Positions 19,778 through 28,537 of a DNA stretch of 64,000 bases are shown here, piece after piece. The notes beneath the pieces are model-generated. The model made no database searches. It had not been told where the DNA came from and saw only the letters and a list, made by a program, of their open reading frames with translations. Made by a program: the position numbers and the translations under genes. Position 1 is the first letter of the stretch. Every line of letters starts with the position of its first letter. The stretch spans positions 99,837 through 163,836 of the forward strand of contig CAYJVY010000001.1 of the NCBI GenBank assembly GCA_964373795.1. The letters are read 5' to 3'. This DNA comes from an uncultured archaeon (GTDB taxonomy: Archaea; Iainarchaeota; Iainarchaeia; Iainarchaeales; DATDZZ01).

Positions 19778-20719
19778 ATGTTAATTGAATTAGGAATTTT
19801 AGTTCTTGCATTAATTGTTTTAGCTAAGTCTTCTGAAATAGTTATTGATGCAAGCATTAAGATTTCAGAGTACCTGAATATTTCCCAGCTTGCAATTGGA
19901 TTTATTGTAATTGCAGTAGCTGTTTCAATGCCTGACTTTGTTGTATCTATTACTGCTTCTCTTCAACAAAAACCTGCTCTTGCCATAGGAGATGCTTTGG
20001 GGAGCAGCATTGCAAATATTTGCCTTGTATTAGGAATTGCTACTTTTATTAGAAAAATCGATGTTGAAAGAAAGCATACTTTAGAATCAGCTGAACTGCT
20101 TTTATTAATTTCAATTATTCCTTTAGTTGTTTTAAGTAAAGCAATTGTTGGAACCTTTGAAGGAATAATTTTACTGCTTACTTTTGTTTTGTATGTTTTT
20201 TTTGTAGTGAAAAGCAAGTTTTCCTTAAAAATTAAAGACGGAGTAACTCATAAAGATTTCATTAAACTTTTACTGTTTTTCGCGTTTGGATTAATTATTG
20301 TAATTGTTTCCGCACAATTTGTTGTAGGCTCTGCAATTGATTTGGCTAAACTTTTGAAAATAAATGAAGCAGTAATTGGTTTAATTGTATTATCTTTTGG
20401 CACTACTTTACCTGAACTAGCAATTGATTTCACTGCAATTAGAAGAGGACAAGTAGCCTTAGCAATAGGGGATGTTTTAGGAAGCACTGTAACAAATCTA
20501 ACCTTAATTCTTGGAACAGTTTTAATTATTTCTCCAACAGTAATTGATTTTGCTTTTTACTCTTTACCTTTAGCTTTCATTGTAATAGCTAATTCTTTTC
20601 TAGTATACAATTTATACAAGCACCAATACCTTGGAAAAAAACAAGGACTAGCATTTTTGCTTTTATATGTTTTATTTATTTTTTCAACTCTATTGTTTTC
20701 CGTTCGCCCTGCAATTTAA
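19778..20719 (+). CDS. Ca2+/cation antiporter (CaCA family, YrbG-like)
   Basis: Two alpha-repeat motifs, GDALGSSIANI and GDVLGSTVTNL, and 10 hydrophobic segments. Confidence 0.7.
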   Translation: MLIELGILVLALIVLAKSSEIVIDASIKISEYLNISQLAIGFIVIAVAVSMPDFVVSITASLQQKPALAIGDALGSSIANICLVLGIATFIRKIDVERKHTLESAELLLLISIIPLVVLSKAIVGTFEGIILLLTFVLYVFFVVKSKFSLKIKDGVTHKDFIKLLLFFAFGLIIVIVSAQFVVGSAIDLAKLLKINEAVIGLIVLSFGTTLPELAIDFTAIRRGQVALAIGDVLGSTVTNLTLILGTVLIISPTVIDFAFYSLPLAFIVIANSFLVYNLYKHQYLGKKQGLAFLLLYVLFIFSTLLFSVRPAI

Positions 20720-20762
20720 AAAATTTTCTCACACAATATATTTGCTTTTTTGAGGTGAAAAA

Positions 20763-21911
20763 ATGAAGGAATTAACTGTTTCTGCTCCAGGAAAACTAAT
20801 GCTTTCAGGAGAATGGAGTGTTCTTGAGCTAGGAGTTCCTTGTGTTGTAATGGCTATTGATAAAAGAGTTTACGCGAAAATTCATTCAACCTCAGATAAT
20901 AAAATTGTTTTAAATGCTCTAGACGTTGGTTTAAGCAATATCTCTGGATACTTTGATTTAAGTTCAAAAAAACTTTTATTTGAAAAAGAATTATCCAAAG
21001 AAGAATTAGATAAAGTTGTGTTCATTAAAAATGCTATTGAATTAAGTTTGGCTTTTTTGCAAGACAAAAAAGTTTCATTGAAAGGATTTTCATTAGAAAC
21101 TAAAAGTGATGATGCTCAAGTAAAACTTGAAGATGGCTCTGTAAAAAAAATTGGTTTTGGAAGCTCTGCGGCTGTATGCGTTGCAGTTTCAGGAGCTGTG
21201 TTTGCTTTACATGAACAAGAATTTAATTCTTATTCGTCTAAAGAAATTATTTTCAAGATTTCAGCTTTGGCTCATTTCACTGCTCAAGGAAAACTTGGAA
21301 GCTCTTTTGATATAGCTGCTTCTTCTTTTGGAGGAGTTCTTTTATATAAAAAATTTGACCCAGAATGGGTTGTAACTGAATTTAACAAAGGCAAACCAGT
21401 GCATGAATTAATGCTTGAAAAATGGCCTTATTTAGAAATTCGTTCTTTAAAGCTTCCAACAGATTTCAATTTATGTGTTGGTTGGACTAAGTCTAGTGCT
21501 TCAACTAAAGAATTAGTTTCAAAAGTGAACGAGTTTAAAAAAAATAATAAAGATAATTACATGCAAATAATAAAAAAAATTGAAGGTGTTACTTCAAAAT
21601 TAATTTCAGAACTTGAATCAAGCAATAAATTAACTGTTTTACAGTTATTACGCGAAAACAGGAAATACTTAAAAGAATTCAGTGATTTAACTCAAAACAA
21701 TTTAGAAACCCCTGAATTAAAGACTTTAGCTGATACAGCTGACTTGCTTGGAGCTGCAGGAAAGTTTTCCGGAGCAGGAGGAGGAGACTGCGGAATTGCA
21801 GTAACATTTTCAAACGAAGCAGCGCACAAAATTCAAAACGCTTGGAAAGAAAAAGGCTTATATCCATTAAACGTAAAAATAGCACAGCAAGGTTTGAGGT
21901 TGGAACACTAA
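20763..21911 (+). CDS. Phosphomevalonate kinase-like GHMP kinase (ERG8-type)
   Basis: VSAPGKLMLSGEWSVLE N-terminus resembles ERG8-type PMK rather than MVK. GHMP P-loop region GFGSSAAV. 382 aa. Confidence 0.6.
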   Translation: MKELTVSAPGKLMLSGEWSVLELGVPCVVMAIDKRVYAKIHSTSDNKIVLNALDVGLSNISGYFDLSSKKLLFEKELSKEELDKVVFIKNAIELSLAFLQDKKVSLKGFSLETKSDDAQVKLEDGSVKKIGFGSSAAVCVAVSGAVFALHEQEFNSYSSKEIIFKISALAHFTAQGKLGSSFDIAASSFGGVLLYKKFDPEWVVTEFNKGKPVHELMLEKWPYLEIRSLKLPTDFNLCVGWTKSSASTKELVSKVNEFKKNNKDNYMQIIKKIEGVTSKLISELESSNKLTVLQLLRENRKYLKEFSDLTQNNLETPELKTLADTADLLGAAGKFSGAGGGDCGIAVTFSNEAAHKIQNAWKEKGLYPLNVKIAQQGLRLEH

Positions 21912-22543
21912 ATTATTTTTTTTTGTTCAAGTATTTCTAAATCTTTTTTAAAAGCAGGGGTAAAATTTCCCTTATTCATATTTTTAATTTCTTGCAAGGA
22001 ATAAAATCCTGCCTCTTCTATTTCTTCTTTATCTAATTTGAATGATCCTTCATGAATTGTTTTAAACAAGTAAACAAATTGTAAATGGATTGGATCTTCA
22101 ACTCTAAATTTTGCAATGAATTTAATTTTTTTAAATTTTATGCCAATTTCTTCTTCAGCTTCCTTTAAAGCAGTTTTTTTAGGAGTATCTCCTAAGCTAA
22201 TATGTCCTGCAGTAGAACATGTAAATTTTCCAGGATGAGTATCAATTAATTTACTTCTTTTTTGTAAAAAAATTTCGGTTTTTGAATTAAACACAATTAA
22301 ATGAATTACCTTACAATAAACTCCTAATTTATTATGAATTTTTGCTGAGACTGTTAAAACCTTTTTCTCTTTTTCGTTAACTAATTCAAGTAACTCTATT
22401 TTTCCTTTTTTGAATTCTGTTTCTTCTTCTCTGTTTAATAAAACTAGTTCTGGCTTTAATTCTAGGACTTTTTCCTTTGATTTAATCTCTTCCCAGAAAA
22501 CAATTTTTTTAAAATCCATTTCAATAAAACACTGTTTACTCAT
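21908..22543 (-). CDS. Nudix hydrolase with about 100-aa N-terminal extension
   Basis: Nudix box GHISLGDTPKKTALKEAEEEIGI (G-x5-D-x7-KE-x2-EE-x-GI). The ORF track extends to 22615, but an internal ATG (MSKQCF...) avoids overlap with the IDI-2 start. Confidence 0.6.
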   Translation of the reverse strand: MSKQCFIEMDFKKIVFWEEIKSKEKVLELKPELVLLNREEETEFKKGKIELLELVNEKEKKVLTVSAKIHNKLGVYCKVIHLIVFNSKTEIFLQKRSKLIDTHPGKFTCSTAGHISLGDTPKKTALKEAEEEIGIKFKKIKFIAKFRVEDPIHLQFVYLFKTIHEGSFKLDKEEIEEAGFYSLQEIKNMNKGNFTPAFKKDLEILEQKKII

Positions 22544-22556
22544 TAATTTAAATTTA

Positions 22557-23591
22557 ATGGATATAAATTTAATAATGCCTGGAGAGGATACTTCTGCAAG
22601 AAAAATGCAGCACATTAAAATTGCATTGCAACCTGATTTAAGTCAGTTTCAATCAATTTCAACTGGCTTGGAAAAAATTCAATTAAATTACAACGCCTTG
22701 CCCGAAATTGATTTAAGCGAGGTTTCCATTGAAACAACTTTTTTAGGAAAAAAATTTTCAGCTCCACTTTATGTTAGTGGAATGACTGGCGGCTGTAAAC
22801 CAGCTGAAAAAATTAATAAAGATATTGCAAGGGCTTGTGAAGAACTCGGATTAGGAATGGGTGTTGGCTCGCAAAGAGCAATGCTTGAAGACCCTTCTTT
22901 AACTGAAACCTATGTTGTAAGAGATGTTGCTCCTTCAATTTTTTTAGCCGGAAACCTCGGAGCAGTACAATTAAAGAATTATTCTCTTGAAAGAATAGAG
23001 GAAATGATTAACTCAATTAAAGCAGATGCTTTGGCAATTCATTTAAATCCTGCTCAAGAAGCAGTTCAACCTGAAGGTACAACAAATTTTTCCAATATAT
23101 TATCATTAATTGACAAAGCTTCAAGAAAGCTTTCCAAACCTGTTTACGTTAAAGAAGTTGGAAACGGCATTTCAAGAGAAGTAGCTGAAAAGCTTTCTAA
23201 AACAAATATTCAAGCATTAGATGTTGGAGGAGCAGGAGGCACTTCTTGGACTAGAATTGATTATTTACGTAACAAGAAAAACAAGTTTGGGCCGTTCGCG
23301 GAATTCGGAATTCCAACAAAAGATTCTTTAGAACAAGTTAGAGAAGTTTTCTCTAAACCAATTATTGCTACTGGCGGAATTAGAACTGGCTTAGATGTAG
23401 TGAAATGCTTGTCTTTAGGGGCTTCTTTGTGTGGAATGGCTTTTCCTGTTTTAAAAGCCCAAGACAAAGCAGGATTTGAAGGGGTGAAAGAATTCTTGGA
23501 AAAAACAATGACTGAAATAAAGATTGGACTTTTCTTAGTTGGAGCAAAAAATATTTCTGAATTAAGAAAATTAAAGCCAATAAACTATTAA
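22557..23591 (+). CDS. fni: Isopentenyl-diphosphate delta-isomerase, type 2 (FMN-dependent)
   Basis: TIM-barrel IDI-2 features: GMTGG, AIHLNPAQE, GGAGGTSW, ATGGIRTGLDV. The ORF track starts at 22410. An internal ATG at 22557/22575 is preferred because the 5' extension is antisense to the Nudix gene. Confidence 0.8.
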   Translation: MDINLIMPGEDTSARKMQHIKIALQPDLSQFQSISTGLEKIQLNYNALPEIDLSEVSIETTFLGKKFSAPLYVSGMTGGCKPAEKINKDIARACEELGLGMGVGSQRAMLEDPSLTETYVVRDVAPSIFLAGNLGAVQLKNYSLERIEEMINSIKADALAIHLNPAQEAVQPEGTTNFSNILSLIDKASRKLSKPVYVKEVGNGISREVAEKLSKTNIQALDVGGAGGTSWTRIDYLRNKKNKFGPFAEFGIPTKDSLEQVREVFSKPIIATGGIRTGLDVVKCLSLGASLCGMAFPVLKAQDKAGFEGVKEFLEKTMTEIKIGLFLVGAKNISELRKLKPINY

Positions 23592-23603
23592 TCAGGGTTT
23601 TGC

Positions 23604-23723
23604 TTACTTTAACTTGTTTCTCACTTCCAATAATTGTGCATTTAATTCACTTTTTCTTTGTTCAAAACTTTCTTTAGTATATTTTCCTTTCTTATAATAT
23701 TCTTCATTTAATTTACTAATCAT
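23604..23723 (-). CDS. 39-aa SHOCT-like mini-protein
   Basis: MISKLNEEYYKKGKYTKESFEQRKSELNAQLLEVRNKLK matches the SHOCT pattern (L..L..G.it.e.Fe.rK..L). Starts 5 bp after the stop of the upstream membrane-anchored protein. Below the ORF-track size cut-off. Confidence 0.25.
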   Translation of the reverse strand: MISKLNEEYYKKGKYTKESFEQRKSELNAQLLEVRNKLK

Positions 23724-23728
23724 TTCCT

Positions 23729-24856
23729 CTAATAATCTTTTTCTTCCTCTAAATCTTTTCCTTTAAAAATCCTTTTCTTAACTGCAATCAATATTTTTAA
23801 TACTAATAAAACTACTACTATTGCAATTAATATATTTAACCAATTATTTTTTGCTAGCCAAAAAAGTTTTCCCGAAACAATTATGTCTGTTTTTAATTCT
23901 CCTACATTACCTGCTTTATCTTCTACTTTTAATGTAATTCCTTTTACCTCTTCATTTAAAGAGCCATCTAAAAAAATACTGAAAACAAATTCTTCCTCAT
24001 TTAATTTGTTTGCATCAAACGTTTTTTCATTAAATGCTACTTGCATTTTTCCGCTAACAATCTTTTTTTCATTCGCATAATTTGCTTTAACTTTAAACTT
24101 CACTTCTTCTCCAATATTGAATTTGCTTTCAAATGGTTCAAGCAATTTTAAATTTATTTTTTGTTTTTGAATTTCTATTTCAATTTTTTCTTCTCCCCCA
24201 GAAAAATTGTTTTCATCAAGTGAATTACTTGTAACAATTAATCCCCATTTTCCTTCCACTGCATCGAACGGAATTTCATAATCTGCCAAATAAGTTCCAT
24301 TACCTCTGTATTCTAATTTTTTTCTTTCACCTTTTGGGGTCCAAAAATTCACTTCACCATTTTCTACTTCTTTTCCTGCATCAGTTATTTTAACACTAAT
24401 TTTTATGTCCTGAGTTCGAGAAACAGTTATTTGCTGTGGACTTAAAAAATTGATTAAATGAAATTTGCTTTCCTTGGAATTTCTTACATTCACTTCTTTT
24501 TCTACAACTTCTTTTGATTCATTTTCTAGAACACTTATTTTCCATTTTCCGCTTGGATCTAGAAAACTTATTTGTTTATTAAAATCATAAGAATTATTTT
24601 TGCAAGTAATTTTTTCTTCAAATAATTTTTTTTCATTCATTACTATGTTTAAATCTAAAATGCTTTTTGTTTTACATTCTCCATTTAATTGGATGGTTTC
24701 TCCTTTAATGAACGCTTTATTGTTTACATTCAAGCTTAATGCATTGATTAATCCTGCAAACAGTATAATCGCAATAAATGTCTCAAATGCTTTCATGTTT
24801 ATCCACACAGGCTTTTTCTGATTTAACAATGAAGCCAACATTATTTTGTTGAGCAT
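23729..24856 (-). CDS. Cell-surface protein with N-terminal signal/TM and C-terminal TM anchor
   Basis: 375 aa, beta-rich repeats, hydrophobic N- and C-terminal segments. Confidence 0.45.
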   Translation of the reverse strand: MLNKIMLASLLNQKKPVWINMKAFETFIAIILFAGLINALSLNVNNKAFIKGETIQLNGECKTKSILDLNIVMNEKKLFEEKITCKNNSYDFNKQISFLDPSGKWKISVLENESKEVVEKEVNVRNSKESKFHLINFLSPQQITVSRTQDIKISVKITDAGKEVENGEVNFWTPKGERKKLEYRGNGTYLADYEIPFDAVEGKWGLIVTSNSLDENNFSGGEEKIEIEIQKQKINLKLLEPFESKFNIGEEVKFKVKANYANEKKIVSGKMQVAFNEKTFDANKLNEEEFVFSIFLDGSLNEEVKGITLKVEDKAGNVGELKTDIIVSGKLFWLAKNNWLNILIAIVVVLLVLKILIAVKKRIFKGKDLEEEKDY

Positions 24857-24958
24857 AGATTGAATTAGATAAATTAACTAGTAATAAAATTATTAACACT
24901 GAAATGAATTTCATTTAATCAAATTAATTATTATCTTATTATTTTTATTTATTTGGAT

Positions 24959-25783
24959 TCATTGTTTAGTTAATTGTTCTGTTTTAATTATTTCTAAACC
25001 CGTTTCTTTAATTAATTCCTTAATTCTTTCTTTTTCATTTAATCCTTTATAATCTAGTACAATGAATTCAACTTTTTCCAAAGTTTTCTCAATTGCTTGA
25101 AAAAGCATGTCTTGATTTAATTCTTGCAATGCATTTTTAGGACATAAATGACTTAAAGCAAAATCACTTCGAAAAACTGTTTTAACAAAGTTATCTGCAT
25201 AATGTGTTCCACCTAAACCTATTCCAATTTTCCAATTATTTTTGTTTTCAAGTAGAGTGTAATTCAAAATTGTCTCTCCCACAACTTTTGCTGCGATTTC
25301 ATTTGACCATTGCTTTTCCATTCCACCAAATTCAATAAATATTACTGGTTTTTCTTTAACAAAAGGCCCGTGATGGTCTACTTCAAAAGTTGTTCTAAAA
25401 AACTCTAAGCCAAATTTTTTCCTATTTTCTTCTAATCCAAGCAAATAGTTTTTCATTAAAACCGCTGAATTCTTGCAAAGCGTTTTCTCCTTTCCTCCTA
25501 ATAATGCTTTCCCCCAGTTTCCAATTGAATGCACTGTAAACTCTGAATTCCCTGTTTTATTTGCATGCTTTGAAGCAAAAATTAAAAACTCTGAATGCAA
25601 TTCATTCACTTCATCTGCAAATACTTGAATTTCATTTAAAGTAATTAATTCAAATTCCTTGAATTCAAACACTTTATTTCCTTGAAACTCGCGTTCAGTC
25701 TCTTTGAATCCTTTTTCCTTTAATAAAAAGTTTTTTACATTCATTCCAGCTTGGTCTGTTTTTGAAACAATAATTGAAATCAT
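24959..25783 (-). CDS. D-aminoacyl-tRNA deacylase, archaeal type (DtdA-like)
   Basis: 274-aa size and N-terminal MISIIVSKTDQAGMNV pattern resemble archaeal DTD. Family assignment by recall only. Confidence 0.45.
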   Translation of the reverse strand: MISIIVSKTDQAGMNVKNFLLKEKGFKETEREFQGNKVFEFKEFELITLNEIQVFADEVNELHSEFLIFASKHANKTGNSEFTVHSIGNWGKALLGGKEKTLCKNSAVLMKNYLLGLEENRKKFGLEFFRTTFEVDHHGPFVKEKPVIFIEFGGMEKQWSNEIAAKVVGETILNYTLLENKNNWKIGIGLGGTHYADNFVKTVFRSDFALSHLCPKNALQELNQDMLFQAIEKTLEKVEFIVLDYKGLNEKERIKELIKETGLEIIKTEQLTKQ

Positions 25784-25862
25784 TTTCCCACTTGAATAAC
25801 TCTGTCAAAAATTTCAATTCTTTTTCTGCAATTAAGGAAAGCTTCGCGTTTTTTTATTCCTT

Positions 25863-26339
25863 TTATTTGTATTTTTCAGCTAAATAATCTAAAATTTTTT
25901 CAATGTTTAAAGTTGTTTTTGCAATTGCTTGTGAAAACCAATGCGCATAAGAAGTTTTCAAATCCAATGCTTCTCCTTCAGGAGCATTGTTTATCATGAA
26001 TCTATTATTTTTTTTGCGCACAAAACCAATTTCAACTAATCTATTAGCATGATAGCGCAGTAATTTTTCAGAAATTTTTTTACCAGTTTTTTCCTTAATG
26101 AAGGCCTGTAACTCCAGAGTAGTAGGAGTGTGTTTTTTCTTCAAGCACAAAAACAAAACTGCGTCCAGAATATCGAAAACAGTATTTCTGGATTCGTGTT
26201 CTGAAATTAGTCCTGTACTTAAAGCAAACCATCTAAGCAAGGAACGCTTTGTGAGTTTTATTTCTGGAGGAAAATCCATTTCTCTGACCGTAAAAGTTCT
26301 TCTAACTAACTCAGCTTCAGGCAATTCATTTTCAGTCAT
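25863..26339 (-). CDS. Hypothetical protein with probable winged-helix region
   Basis: LLRYHANRLVEIGFVRKKNNRFMIN resembles a wing/recognition helix. Confidence 0.35.
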   Translation of the reverse strand: MTENELPEAELVRRTFTVREMDFPPEIKLTKRSLLRWFALSTGLISEHESRNTVFDILDAVLFLCLKKKHTPTTLELQAFIKEKTGKKISEKLLRYHANRLVEIGFVRKKNNRFMINNAPEGEALDLKTSYAHWFSQAIAKTTLNIEKILDYLAEKYK

Positions 26340-26432
26340 TTTTCTCGCCTTTTAAAGGAAAAACTCTTTTTCCTTTAAATTTAATGCATTTCTCTTTAAA
26401 TTATTTCCCTTATAAAATATATTAGTGATTTA

Positions 26433-26789
26433 ATGGTTTTAGAAGTCAAGACAAGGCTTTTTCCTTACAGGCTAGTTTTAAATAGAAAAAAACCAGTTGA
26501 ATTAAAGATTGATTTAACTAATGCCTCTGACAAAAAAGCTTTGGCTTCACTAGAATTATCTTTGCCTAGAAGCCTTTCATTAGATAAATCAGGATTAAAG
26601 GGATCTGAATTACTTAGATTAGGAGAATTGTCTCCAAATGAATCCAAAACCTTTTACTTTGAAATTTATCCTAAAGCAATAATTGAAGGAAAAGAACACT
26701 TAATTAGATTAAAAGCTACAGAGCATCACTTAGATTACAACTACATTGCAAAAGAAGTTGAAAGAACTTTAACCCTACTTGTAGACTAA
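26433..26789 (+). CDS. Hypothetical protein
   Basis: 118-aa ORF, no motif. Confidence 0.35.
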   Translation: MVLEVKTRLFPYRLVLNRKKPVELKIDLTNASDKKALASLELSLPRSLSLDKSGLKGSELLRLGELSPNESKTFYFEIYPKAIIEGKEHLIRLKATEHHLDYNYIAKEVERTLTLLVD

Positions 26790-26977
26790 ATTCGCCGAGC
26801 ACGTGGCGAGCGTGAACGGTTGGCGAGGATGAGTACTTATGCAGGCATGTGTTAATGCGAATTGCTTGGCTGAAATTTGAAAAAGAAAAATAAAAAACAT
26901 TGCAAAGTAAGTGCTTTGCAAAAAGAAATAAAATTAGATTATTAAAAAAAGAAAAAACAAAAGGAGTTTTTATCCTT

Positions 26978-27130
26978 TTATTTTCCTGCTAATTTATGTC
27001 CTTTAACATAAGCCCATATTTTTTTAGTCATTTCACTTGGAGTAACTGGGTTTTTTCCGAAAACACTTTCAAGTGAAGCGTCTTGTCCTTTAAAACTAAT
27101 AGTATATCCTCCAAAAGCTTTTTTTGCCAT
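26978..27130 (-). CDS. Small SWIB/MDM2-like half-domain protein
   Basis: MAKKAFGG...VTPSEMTKKIWAYVKGHKL matches the N-terminal half of SWIB (LPRTEVVKKLWAYIKENNL). The ORF-track N-terminal extension is probably spurious. Confidence 0.35.
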   Translation of the reverse strand: MAKKAFGGYTISFKGQDASLESVFGKNPVTPSEMTKKIWAYVKGHKLAGK

Positions 27131-27362
27131 TAATTTATCCCTCCATAGATAATAAATTTTATATAGTTTATAAAAAAAAGATATAAAAATCCATAGCATG
27201 AAAACCTGTTTTTTTCAGGTTTCTAGCTCTTTAGCATTGAACCAATCTCTTTAAAAGGAGTTTAACTAATATAGATTATATTCTTACACTAGTTTTGGAA
27301 GTGTAGCTATTTTGAAGTCAATTCAAAAAAACAAATTAATTCCGATTTGGAGGATGGATTAA

Positions 27363-27635
27363 ATGCAAAAGACTGTAATGGACATATTTGGATCCCAAGT
27401 AGATGACTCTATTAGGCTTAGGTTATTAGCTGAAGAGCAAAAGCTTAGAAAAAAACAGCCAGAGCCTTGGACTAAAACAAAATACAGAGCTTACGCTAAC
27501 TTTAAGGCAAAAAAGAAAACCGAGGAATTAATTAGCGAAATAACTAAAATAGATCAAACACTAAAGACGGCTTCAATTAAAGCAACAGTAAAACCGATTA
27601 AAACAGTTAAAAGAATTATTAAAAAGAAGAACTAA
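27363..27635 (+). CDS. Small basic hypothetical protein
   Basis: 90-aa ORF, Lys-rich. Confidence 0.3.
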   Translation: MQKTVMDIFGSQVDDSIRLRLLAEEQKLRKKQPEPWTKTKYRAYANFKAKKKTEELISEITKIDQTLKTASIKATVKPIKTVKRIIKKKN

Positions 27636-27735
27636 ATTTCTTCTTTCTTTTACTTTTTAGATTATTTTTCACTTTTCCTAAATATAAGAAGAATTAAATA
27701 TTTCCTTAATTCTATAATTCTTTTAAAGTGAGAAA

Positions 27736-28461
27736 ATGACTTTAATTAATTCAAGTATAACACAAGAACCAATTGATTTAGTTGAATTAATTAATCAACC
27801 CACTTGGAAAACAATTTTATTAGACTTAGTTAAATCAGAGAAAATGGATCCATGGCAAATAGATGTATCTATTTTAGCAGATAAATATCTTGAAAAAATT
27901 AATTTACTTGATTACAGTAATTTAAGAGTTCCAGCAAATGCTATTTTATGTTCAGCTATTTTATTGAAACACAAGTCAAAGGCTTTAAAGGTTCCAAGCT
28001 TGGAAGAATTTGATGAAATTGAAGAACTTCAATTAACTGAAGAACAAATTCGTGAAAGAGAACGCTTGTTTTTAACTGAAGGAATTCCTCACCTAATTGC
28101 TCCGCGTTTAATTCGAGGCGGAAAGGTTTCATTAGATGACTTAGTTAATTCAATTGAAGAAATTTTAAACAAAAATAAACGCAAATATTTTTTAGAAAAA
28201 AATAGAAGAGACTTAAAGTTTCAAATTCCTTTACCAGAAAAAAAAATTGATGAAAAAATGTCAGAAGTATTAATGAAATTAAACTCCATAGCTGACGAAG
28301 AAAACCTAGTATTATTTTCTCGCTTAGTTAGTGAATTAAATTCAATTAATTTAATTCACACATTCATAGCCCTGCTTTTTCTACATAACTCTAGAAAAGT
28401 TTTTTTATTTCAAGAAGAATTTTTTGGAGAAATATTTATTTCTTTAAATGCTTCTCCCTAA
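27736..28461 (+). CDS. scpA: Segregation and condensation protein A (kleisin)
   Basis: N-terminal IDLVELINQPTWKTILLDLVKSEKMDPWQIDVSILADKYLEKI fits the ScpA N-domain. 241 aa. Confidence 0.6.
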   Translation: MTLINSSITQEPIDLVELINQPTWKTILLDLVKSEKMDPWQIDVSILADKYLEKINLLDYSNLRVPANAILCSAILLKHKSKALKVPSLEEFDEIEELQLTEEQIRERERLFLTEGIPHLIAPRLIRGGKVSLDDLVNSIEEILNKNKRKYFLEKNRRDLKFQIPLPEKKIDEKMSEVLMKLNSIADEENLVLFSRLVSELNSINLIHTFIALLFLHNSRKVFLFQEEFFGEIFISLNASP

Positions 28462-28537
28462 TTTTTTTAAAACAGGCTTTCAATAACTTTAAATTCCAGA
28501 TTAACCATTACTCTTTTATCGAATGGCTAGTGATTAA

